From IMG/VR virus record IMGVR_UViG_3300006922_000034, positions 1 through 52,491 of that record: a stretch of DNA of 52,491 nucleotides; one strand, written 5' to 3'. Origin of the DNA: a virus (Duplodnaviria > Caudoviricetes). The translations under genes were made by a program, and so were the position numbers. The first letter of the stretch is position 1. Each line of letters begins with the position of its first letter. Shown one piece after another: positions 9,709 to 17,304 of this stretch. The notes beneath the pieces were generated by a model. The model saw only the letters and a list, made by a program, of their open reading frames with translations, had not been told where the DNA came from and did no database searches.

Positions 9709-9929
9709 CTCAATCAGAGCCAGAAGAGATTGTGGCATATCTTGGGAGGCTGAAAAAAGAAACAGACGCCCTAGAAAAAAATATTTGTGAACTTGTGATT
9801 TATAGCGGAGGCTCAATTGCATGGAACGATGTTTGGTATATGTCAACTCCTCAAAGAACTTTATTAGGTAAAACACTAGAAAATATGCTTAAACAAAAAG
9901 CAGGCAAAACTGTAACAGATGAACTCTAA
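9696..9929 (+). CDS. gp51-like baseplate/tail assembly catalyst, probably made as a -1 frameshift extension of gp26
   Basis: Short helical ORF with a W..M...R motif. Its GTG start at 9732 has only a weak RBS, and the frame is open back to the slippery site. Confidence 0.65.
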   Translation, partial: HRFLAQSEPEEIVAYLGRLKKETDALEKNICELVIYSGGSIAWNDVWYMSTPQRTLLGKTLENMLKQKAGKTVTDEL

Positions 9930-10348
9930 TGTCTTGGTTATATAATAACAAAGAAATTACCGAACTTCCAGAAGAATGCGAAGCCTTCGTATATATTATC
10001 ACTAACCTAACAAACAACAGAAAGTATGTTGGTAAAAAGTTAGCAAAATTTAAAACTACTAAACCGCCATTAAAAGGCAGAAAAAATAAACGTCGTGGTA
10101 CGAAAGAAAGCGACTGGAAAACATATTGGGGTAGTAACGATCATTTAAAAGCAGATGTGATAGAACTAGGAGAAGACTCTTTTACAAGAGAAATATTGCA
10201 CTTTTGTCCTAGTAGAGGTGTTGCAAGTTACTTAGAAGCACAAGAACAGTTTGAAAGAAAGGTATTACTTACTGACGATTATTATAACGGAATAATCAAT
10301 GTAAGGGTAGGCGGCTCAGAAATCCTTAAAGAAGCATTGACAAGTTGA
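9929..10348 (+). CDS. Minimal GIY-YIG (Seg-like) endonuclease, catalytic domain only
   Basis: FVYIITN..NNRKYVGKK, Y.GS, F.REIL, YLE, YYNG motifs. It has a basic insertion and no C-terminal DNA-binding module. Confidence 0.85.
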   Translation: MSWLYNNKEITELPEECEAFVYIITNLTNNRKYVGKKLAKFKTTKPPLKGRKNKRRGTKESDWKTYWGSNDHLKADVIELGEDSFTREILHFCPSRGVASYLEAQEQFERKVLLTDDYYNGIINVRVGGSEILKEALTS

Positions 10349-10359
10349 TAACTATTTGC

Positions 10360-10819
10360 TGATAAGAACACATCATGGCACATCACAGACGTTAAGTCAA
10401 AACAAGGCACACATAGGACTATACACCGGCTCTACCGAGGCATATTTAATCGGACTCTTTGACAATCCAGTAATCCTGGTGCGGGACTCTAGAGATGTAT
10501 AGCGGCAAAGATACAAACACACGTTAAACAGTATTAAAAGGATGTAGGCAATGAGAAAAAGCAACCTACAAGTTATATAACTAAACTTACTAAGGTTATA
10601 TGGCTTCCGTGAGATTCGTGACGGTAGTGTATGGGGACAAAAGGCTCACCGGTTCCTAATAGCACCCGAAGTTAAGAAGGCGAAGACATCACATGATGAC
10701 ACCTTTCTCACCTTTTATAGGTGAGTTATGGCTTCAACATACATGATAACGGTCTTTTAAAAAACTTTCAAACAAATGAAAGAGTTGAGTGAAACGAAAC
10801 GATTGAATGTAGTTTGAAA
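10360..10819 (+). ncRNA. Putative large structured non-coding RNA of unknown class
   Basis: No ORF of 60 aa or more, GC-richer than other intergenic DNA, about 10 helices including long-range ones with G-U pairs on the + strand, and a near-consensus late promoter (TGATAACTA, 10346-10354) just upstream. Confidence 0.6.
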
Positions 10820-10834
10820 AGGTCCGTAGGACCT
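10817..10834 (-). terminator. Terminator of the leftward operon (cUACGg tetraloop hairpin plus U tract)
   Basis: Minus strand GGTCC-TAC-GGACC-TTTT directly at the stop codon of ORF 10833-11171. Confidence 0.65.
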
Positions 10835-11171
10835 AAACTGTTTGTAAATGTTCTTTAATATGTTTACAGTTACCTCTAAAAGTATAACCAGGACATGTGC
10901 AAGTATTCTTTTTAGTGTCCAGCAAATAAACATTACCTTTAGAACCTTGTATTTTTACTATATGACTTTCCAGTTCTTCTTCCCTTTCGCCAATTTTCAC
11001 AAACTTACGTCTTGCTTTACTGAATTGTGTGCTAGGAACTTTAAGAACTTGGAGTTCAGAATCTTGATCAACTTGATAACCTACAAGTCTACCTGAGGAA
11101 CTTACATGATAAACTCCATTGTTTACCTTGTACTTTCCCCAGTCAGTTACTTCTTGTAATATTTCAATCAT
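10833..11171 (-). CDS. SWIM zinc-finger protein
   Basis: GSKGNVY...CTCPGYTFRGNCKH matches the CxC-xn-CxH SWIM motif. Confidence 0.8.
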   Translation of the reverse strand: MIEILQEVTDWGKYKVNNGVYHVSSSGRLVGYQVDQDSELQVLKVPSTQFSKARRKFVKIGEREEELESHIVKIQGSKGNVYLLDTKKNTCTCPGYTFRGNCKHIKEHLQTV

Positions 11172-11428
11172 TAAGCGACTTCTATCATGCTAAGTGGAAC
11201 ATTATAACTGCTACCTTGCATATCAACAACACAACGTTTAATATTTACTTTCTTAATTACACCAGGTGTACGTTTTGTTTTTTGTACTACAAATACATTA
11301 TCACCTACATTTAAGGTTGCTTTGGTTTGTGTTTCCATAACAGTTCTTGTGTAAGATATTAAAGATTGTAGATCAGAAGTAGTGAAATTACCTCTAAGAA
11401 CTTCTTGTTTTATTTCATTTAATGACAT
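11171..11428 (-). CDS. Small hypothetical protein with SH3/KOW-like C-terminus
   Basis: Start reassigned to MSLNEIK after a GGAG RBS. LNVGDNVFV...GVIKKVN pattern suggests a small beta barrel. Confidence 0.65.
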   Translation of the reverse strand: MSLNEIKQEVLRGNFTTSDLQSLISYTRTVMETQTKATLNVGDNVFVVQKTKRTPGVIKKVNIKRCVVDMQGSSYNVPLSMIEVA

Positions 11429-11461
11429 ATTAACTCCCTTAGTTTTATTAAATATGCTATT

Positions 11462-11489
11462 AGTATAGCACAAAAGCACAATATGTCAA
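11462..11489 (-). promoter_or_regulatory. Sigma70-type early promoter
   Basis: TTGACA-16nt-TATACT with an extended -10 TG. Confidence 0.7.
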
Positions 11490-11511
11490 CCGTTTTTATG
11501 TTCTAAAATAC

Positions 11512-12303
11512 TTACCTACATACCCAACTATGTAGATATTTGTTTTGGCTTACTGCATTTAAATCTATCTCATGCGTAACTTTGCCAAGCGGCAGATATC
11601 CTATAGCAAGTTTAGGATCACCCCACTCATATGGTATTTTATTTTGTATGCTACAAAAAAATTTAAACATATTCCTTTGCATACGATTACTAACTTGCAT
11701 GTCATTACCAAACCAGCAGTATAATCCACTAGCCATTTTATGTGTGAGGATTATTTGTTCTTGTGGAATGTCTGTGTCTTGGTCGTAAAATAATTCCATA
11801 AAATGTTTACCAACGTGAGGATAGTTCATGTACATTTCTCCAAACTGTTTGTTAGGAGTAAACATACTGTATGCTTCTTCTGGTAAGTCTATACCTGGAT
11901 CATTATCCACAGTAAATAGCATACTGGTATTGTTGATTTGTTTTTGTAATCGTTCTAAATGATGTATTCTATTGTTAAAGTCTCTTAATAATGCAAATAC
12001 TTTTGGATTGTTTGCATATTTCTTTTCGTTGTCAGGAAAATTAATGTGCAACTGATTTAAATTTTCTACATTATCATCGCCTATAAGGTCAGGCACCAAA
12101 TGTCTTAAATCATCTATTATACCATTTAGTTCTTGTGTAATATCTTGTTGTGATTCACCGAAGTTATAAAATTCGTTTCTGCTTACTACTTCGTTTGGTT
12201 GATTGCTAATACGATCATAAAACAGGTGTGTAACTGCATTGTCGTACAGTTCATAAGTTAGTGTAACTTCTTTATTATGACCTAAATTAACATCAATTAA
12301 CAT
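11512..12303 (-). CDS. Hypothetical protein (263 aa)
   Basis: Long ORF overlapping the gp46 stop; no motif recognised. Confidence 0.7.
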   Translation of the reverse strand: MLIDVNLGHNKEVTLTYELYDNAVTHLFYDRISNQPNEVVSRNEFYNFGESQQDITQELNGIIDDLRHLVPDLIGDDNVENLNQLHINFPDNEKKYANNPKVFALLRDFNNRIHHLERLQKQINNTSMLFTVDNDPGIDLPEEAYSMFTPNKQFGEMYMNYPHVGKHFMELFYDQDTDIPQEQIILTHKMASGLYCWFGNDMQVSNRMQRNMFKFFCSIQNKIPYEWGDPKLAIGYLPLGKVTHEIDLNAVSQNKYLHSWVCR

Positions 12304-14059
12304 ACTCTGTGTCGGTATTGTATGCTGTAAATCCGCCTTCTTTCACGACTGTTAATACATTATTAACACGTCCTACTAGTTCTTCTTTGTGTGAGATAAG
12401 CATAATGTTTTTACTTTGTTCTCTATGCATTTTCTTTAAAATGCCTAATGCATTTTCAACACCCATACTATCCATTCCACTATCAATTAATTCGTCAACA
12501 CACATAAGATTCATAGGCCTATTTAAACTTTCATACATATCTCTAAATGCCCAACTTAAACCCAGGATTAGTCTGTTTCGTTCTCCCCTACTTAGATTAT
12601 CAAAGTCTAAATCTCTGCCATATTCTGTAATTTCCACACCCAGATCACTTGCAAATTTTACATCATGTGGTAATCCTAACTTGTCTAAATAATATGCAAG
12701 TCTATGATTTAGATATGCAATATTTTGATCTATAATTTTTTTACGAATAAAACTGTCTTTGCTTGTTAAAAGTTTGTGTAGGAAGTCTTGATGTTCCTGC
12801 AAAAATGTAAGTTCGTTCATTTTATCAAAATTAACTTCTTGTATTCCTGTTTTTTGTAAGGAATCTATTTGGTCTGTATATGGGTTTTCTTCTAAGGCTT
12901 TTTCCTCTAATTGTGTTTTCATAGTTTCAACATTATGTTTATGTTGTAACGCCTTTTCCAAAGTATTATAAAATACAACCGGGTCTTCTTCTATATTTTC
13001 GAAGTCACTTAGACCTTCATTTATTTCGTTATTCCTTTCTTCTAGATCTGAAAAGTATATTTCCTCTTTGTCTATATCATCTATAAGATCTTTAGTGTAT
13101 TGTTCATGTGTATCTAAATGGGCAGTTTCTTGTTCACATGTTGGACATATTCCTGCTTTTGCACTTTCCAAAGAGGATTTTAAATCTTCTAGTTTCTTTG
13201 TACTTCTTTTTAAACTAGTTGCAATACGTTTTTCTTCTGATGTTAATACTTGTAAATTTGCACGTTGTTCTTTAAGGTCACCCAGTAGTTTATGATTTTC
13301 TAACTCTTTGTCAATATCAATAGTTTCCAGAGCAACTATCTCTTCTCCCAAAGATATAATTTTATCTTCCTTATTCTTTTCCCATGCTCTACTTCTGCTT
13401 TCTATTTCTTGTATATTCTTTTCTATACGCTCATTGCTAGTATTAATTGCATTAATCGTAATCTCTTCTTCCTTAATTGCTTCTTTTGTAAACTTCATTC
13501 TTTCTTTAAGTATTTCTGCTTTTAAACTAAGTTCAGTAATGCCTAATAGTTGTTCGATCATGTCTCTTTGATCGTTCGCCCTCATACTAAGAAAAGGTTC
13601 TGTGTATGTATTCAACGCAATTAAATGTTTGAACATATTATGTGGGAAGCCAATAATCTTTTCGATTTCTTTCTGTGTCTCTCTGCTGTCGCCTTGTTGT
13701 TCTTCTGTAAATGCATCTTCTCCGTTTACAAGTAGTCTTAACACATTAGGTCGTCTTCCACGTTCTATTCTATATGCTCTTCCTTCTATCTCAAACTCTA
13801 CAGTAACAATCATACCTTTACCGTTTGTTTTGTTTATGAGATTGTCTTTACGAATGTTTGTTAAGGCGTCTCCATAAAGAGCATAACTTAATGCATTTAT
13901 AATAGTAGTTTTACCAGTACCATTTCTGCTACCATCACCACCCATATCTAAGTTGTGACCTAGTACAAGAGTAAGTTGACAGTTATCAAAATTAACTGCC
14001 TGTGTGTTGTTGCCAACACTCATAAAATTCTTTGCTGATACGTTTTTTATTTTTAACAT
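12293..14059 (-). CDS. gp46: Recombination endonuclease ATPase subunit, gp46/SbcC/Rad50-like
   Basis: KNFMSVGN, Walker A NGTGKTT, zinc hook CPTC, signature LSRGE, Walker B CVDE, ISH. Confidence 0.95.
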   Translation of the reverse strand: MLKIKNVSAKNFMSVGNNTQAVNFDNCQLTLVLGHNLDMGGDGSRNGTGKTTIINALSYALYGDALTNIRKDNLINKTNGKGMIVTVEFEIEGRAYRIERGRRPNVLRLLVNGEDAFTEEQQGDSRETQKEIEKIIGFPHNMFKHLIALNTYTEPFLSMRANDQRDMIEQLLGITELSLKAEILKERMKFTKEAIKEEEITINAINTSNERIEKNIQEIESRSRAWEKNKEDKIISLGEEIVALETIDIDKELENHKLLGDLKEQRANLQVLTSEEKRIATSLKRSTKKLEDLKSSLESAKAGICPTCEQETAHLDTHEQYTKDLIDDIDKEEIYFSDLEERNNEINEGLSDFENIEEDPVVFYNTLEKALQHKHNVETMKTQLEEKALEENPYTDQIDSLQKTGIQEVNFDKMNELTFLQEHQDFLHKLLTSKDSFIRKKIIDQNIAYLNHRLAYYLDKLGLPHDVKFASDLGVEITEYGRDLDFDNLSRGERNRLILGLSWAFRDMYESLNRPMNLMCVDELIDSGMDSMGVENALGILKKMHREQSKNIMLISHKEELVGRVNNVLTVVKEGGFTAYNTDTEYVN

Positions 14060-15075
14060 TATTCGGTGTCTATGCTGTTATAAATATCAACCAACGTTTC
14101 TTTGTTGACTGTATTTGATTCTATTGTGTCTAATTGTGCAAGTACAATTTGATTTACACTTTCAAACAGTACTTCTCCTCCTTCAAACTCTTCCTCTTCT
14201 TTTACAGGAATAAGTTGAAGTTCTCTTACATTATATTGTTCTGCAAACTTCTCTCTAATAAAGTTTGCTTCTTCGTAACTGATGCTAATATCAAGTTTTA
14301 CTCTAGCATAAGTGTATTCATCCAATAAGTTTTGGTGATCATCTAATAATTCTTTTAAAGAAAATACTCTGTATTTTGGACATTCTGTCCAATTAACATA
14401 TTGTGGTTCTTCTCCCCATGTTAAGAACATAGCACCACGTTCGTCATCTCTAACATCTGCGTAATTATGTGGAAATGCATTTCCTATATAATGTATATTA
14501 TTTTTATATTGTCGTTTATGGAAATGTCCACTAAACACATATTCAGGCCCACTTAGCATTTTATCATTAATGCCACCGTGATCAGGCATTTCTACCATTG
14601 CATTCATTTTAAAGTAGGGTAATTCAAAATGCCCAAACATATATTTGCATTGCATTTTAGAAACTGTTTTATAATCATCTCCAACAAGCCATGGAATAAT
14701 TGCAACATCGTCTTGTTCAAACATGTCGTCAACCATTACAAAATTTGATAGGTCACGAGCATATTCTATGCTATTCATATCTCGTTTATCTTTGTAATAA
14801 AGATCGTGATTACCAGTTATAAAGTAAACAGTTTCAAATGCATCATTAAGTTTTTTAAGATCTTTAATAGATGCATTCATTGTTGCAACACTTATACTTG
14901 CTCTATGGTGACTCCAGTCACCTAGAAATATACAAGTTTCTGCATTTCTGGCTTTTGCTTCTGCTATAAACCAGTCCACATACCTGTGGCAGTCTTCTAA
15001 ATGTAAGCGACTGTTTTGCTTTAATCCGTAATGTATATCCGTAAAGCAGGCCGCTGTCTTAAACAGTTGGGCCAT
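14059..15075 (-). CDS. gp47: Recombination endonuclease nuclease subunit, gp47/SbcD/Mre11-like
   Basis: Metallophosphoesterase motifs TDIHYG, FLGD, GNHD, GHFE, SGHFH. Confidence 0.93.
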   Translation of the reverse strand: MAQLFKTAACFTDIHYGLKQNSRLHLEDCHRYVDWFIAEAKARNAETCIFLGDWSHHRASISVATMNASIKDLKKLNDAFETVYFITGNHDLYYKDKRDMNSIEYARDLSNFVMVDDMFEQDDVAIIPWLVGDDYKTVSKMQCKYMFGHFELPYFKMNAMVEMPDHGGINDKMLSGPEYVFSGHFHKRQYKNNIHYIGNAFPHNYADVRDDERGAMFLTWGEEPQYVNWTECPKYRVFSLKELLDDHQNLLDEYTYARVKLDISISYEEANFIREKFAEQYNVRELQLIPVKEEEEFEGGEVLFESVNQIVLAQLDTIESNTVNKETLVDIYNSIDTE

Positions 15076-15077
15076 AA

Positions 15078-15947
15078 TTAATCGTTTATATCACTTTGTG
15101 CAGATGTTTCTGCCGCTTCTCTTATCTGTCTCATTTCTTCTTCATGAGCAATCTGTCTGCCATAACTAGGTAGGTGTCCTTGTTCTATAAGGATGTCATC
15201 TCTAATCATTTGATTTCGTTTTTCTAAATTTAAAATTCTAGTAAAACTATTATTTACTGCGGCAGTATAATATGCAAACGGGTTATCAGATTTTGCTTCA
15301 TTAAACTGTAGGCCTATTTGGCTAAGTTGAACCAATGCTTGTCCACGCATTTCGTCTACATAAGTGTAGCCTCTCCAGTTTGCTCTGTGACTATACCTTT
15401 CAACTAGTTTTAAAAACATTGTACCTAACTTATTAGTGATCTTACCATGATCAACACTAAAGTGACCATTGCTTAAACTTCCCTGCCAGTGACTTCTTGC
15501 AACTTCAGTTACTTCACCATTTACATAAGCATAATGTTTAAAAGAAGGAAAGTTTACCTTTGCTTTAGTTTCTGCTTCATTTTTAGGAATTCTTTTCCTT
15601 CCTGGTTCATCTGGAATATGCTCCATGGTCATTACACGGAATACTAATTCTTCCTGTGGAATACTTTTTGGGTCAACTGCAAACTCTTTCTGTTTTGGTT
15701 TATTTTTATAATCCTTAGGATCATGATCAGCCATTGCGGCTTGGTAACCAATTGACTGCATTAAAGAAGCACGATTTTCTCTTGCTAATTTAATACTGTT
15801 TCTATTAATTTTATTCACATCTTGCAAAATAACATCATACTTTGCATACATTTCATCTGTAACATAACAGTATGTCATTTTACTTTTATGGATTTCTTTT
15901 AGAATATCTTTATTATTAAGATAATTTACTTTTTTAGGCTGTGCCAT
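15078..15947 (-). CDS. gp55: Late-transcription sigma factor, gp55-like
   Basis: NYLNNKD N-terminus, NWRGYTYVDEM, FNEAKSDNPFAYYT, and adjacency to gp47/gp46 as in T4. Confidence 0.85.
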   Translation of the reverse strand: MAQPKKVNYLNNKDILKEIHKSKMTYCYVTDEMYAKYDVILQDVNKINRNSIKLARENRASLMQSIGYQAAMADHDPKDYKNKPKQKEFAVDPKSIPQEELVFRVMTMEHIPDEPGRKRIPKNEAETKAKVNFPSFKHYAYVNGEVTEVARSHWQGSLSNGHFSVDHGKITNKLGTMFLKLVERYSHRANWRGYTYVDEMRGQALVQLSQIGLQFNEAKSDNPFAYYTAAVNNSFTRILNLEKRNQMIRDDILIEQGHLPSYGRQIAHEEEMRQIREAAETSAQSDIND

Positions 15948-15986
15948 TAACTCTCCTCAAAATTATAATTCATTTATATTGTTAGT

Positions 15987-16014
15987 ATTATACACAACTA
16001 TTGCGTATTGTCAA
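15987..16014 (-). promoter_or_regulatory. Sigma70-type promoter for the gp55-gp47-gp46 operon
   Basis: TTGACA-16nt-TATAAT with TG extension; GAGGAG RBS downstream. Confidence 0.75.
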
Positions 16015-16060
16015 TGTATATTTAGCCACTTTTATTAATTAACAATAGTTTTAATGAATG

Positions 16061-16069
16061 TGATAAATA
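16061..16069 (+). promoter_or_regulatory. Late promoter TGATAAATA for the baseplate operon
   Basis: Exact 9-mer upstream of the AGGAG RBS and ATG 16088. Confidence 0.7.
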
Positions 16070-16087
16070 TATACACAGGAGATTAAT

Positions 16088-16999
16088 ATGTCGTTCTTTC
16101 AAAAGAGTGTAAACAGTTTTTTAAATAACAAAATTAGTGAAAAAGTATCAGGGTTAGACCCTAGGGTACAATCTATATTTTGGAATTTAATGGGTAAAGA
16201 AGGGTTCGGTCCTTACGATACCGGAACTAGTAAAATTCATGTAGAAGAAAGAATTAAAAAAGCACAGGAATTAGCGGCGGCAACATCAGCCTCTGGACAA
16301 ATACAAATAAATGATAGTGGCTCAGAAACAAATGGTGACATTTCAAACTTTGATTGGAGAGCAAGACTTCGTCCTAAAAATGGTGGAATGAATCAAATAT
16401 ACGGTATGGCTGGCGAGGACGGAGATTCTAAAAGTTCTTTACTAGCACCACTTAAAGCAACAGGTGGTTTGGTTTGGCAAGTTACACCACAGATATTTTT
16501 ATCAGGTGTTGCAAACTATAATGCACAACAACTACATGGTTCTAACTATCCTATATACACATATATGAATAGTACTCCTCCTTCACTGCCTGTACAGGCA
16601 GATTTTTATGCTAACGACATGTTTGATGGCCATTACTTATTAGCAATGATGCATTTTTTAAAGACAGCAACAAAGAGTTATTTCGGTGAGAAGTCGGTTG
16701 TTCAACAAACTTATGGTACACCTCCTCCTACATTAATATTTGAATATTTGGGAGAACACGGCTTTAACAAAGTACCAGTTATTATAAACGACTATTCTAT
16801 ACAGTTACCTGAAGATTGTGATTATGTTCCGGTTGTTACAAATGTTGGCGGTGGTGAAGGAACAGAAACAACTTATGTACCTACAAGAATGAACGTTATG
16901 GTAAACTTAACACCTAACTATACACCTAAAAAATTAAGAAAGAAATTTGACTTAGATGATTTAAGATCTGGAAAGGGATATAAAGGAGGATTCGTTTAA
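16088..16999 (+). CDS. Baseplate tail-tube initiator/cap-like protein (gp48/gp54 or CIS tube-initiator type)
   Basis: GTPPPTLIF...NKVPVIINDYSIQLPEDCDY pattern; lies immediately before the gp53-like gene. Confidence 0.6.
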   Translation: MSFFQKSVNSFLNNKISEKVSGLDPRVQSIFWNLMGKEGFGPYDTGTSKIHVEERIKKAQELAAATSASGQIQINDSGSETNGDISNFDWRARLRPKNGGMNQIYGMAGEDGDSKSSLLAPLKATGGLVWQVTPQIFLSGVANYNAQQLHGSNYPIYTYMNSTPPSLPVQADFYANDMFDGHYLLAMMHFLKTATKSYFGEKSVVQQTYGTPPPTLIFEYLGEHGFNKVPVIINDYSIQLPEDCDYVPVVTNVGGGEGTETTYVPTRMNVMVNLTPNYTPKKLRKKFDLDDLRSGKGYKGGFV

Positions 17000-17301
17000 T
17001 GGCTAGATATAATAAACAGTCCTTTATAACAACAAGCCAATTAATAGGAAACAAGTTTTTAGATGTAAATACTATTCCTAATATCCCCACATCAATTTAC
17101 GATGAAGATTTTGTAATCACACAAGAGTTCGATCAAAGACCAGATTTACTTGCATACAAATTATATGAATCATCCAGGTTATGGTGGGTATTTTCTATGA
17201 GAAATTTAGACAAATTAAAAGACCCAATCAGAGACTTTAAAGCAGGAACTAAAATTAAACTACCTTCATCGGATTCCATTAAAGATATATTTTCGAGGTA
17301 A
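16999..17301 (+). CDS. gp53: Baseplate wedge protein, gp53/LysM-like
   Basis: RPDLLAYKLYESSRLWWVF..RN...DPI.DF.AG..IKLP motif. Confidence 0.85.
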   Translation: MARYNKQSFITTSQLIGNKFLDVNTIPNIPTSIYDEDFVITQEFDQRPDLLAYKLYESSRLWWVFSMRNLDKLKDPIRDFKAGTKIKLPSSDSIKDIFSR

Positions 17302-17304
17302 TAT

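Noticed and set aside
9706-9753. TAG readthrough or alternative genetic code
   Set aside because: Readthrough hits TGA after 14 codons, and genes across the window are unfragmented under the standard code.
10416-10427. Group I intron S-like element (minus-strand GTATAGTCC) next to a GIY-YIG gene
   Set aside because: I found no matching P7 partner and no flanking exons; the neighbouring genes are intact and convergent.
10479-10666. Group II intron (GTGCG start)
   Set aside because: There is no recognisable domain V with an AGC/CGC triad, no interrupted gene and no reverse transcriptase.
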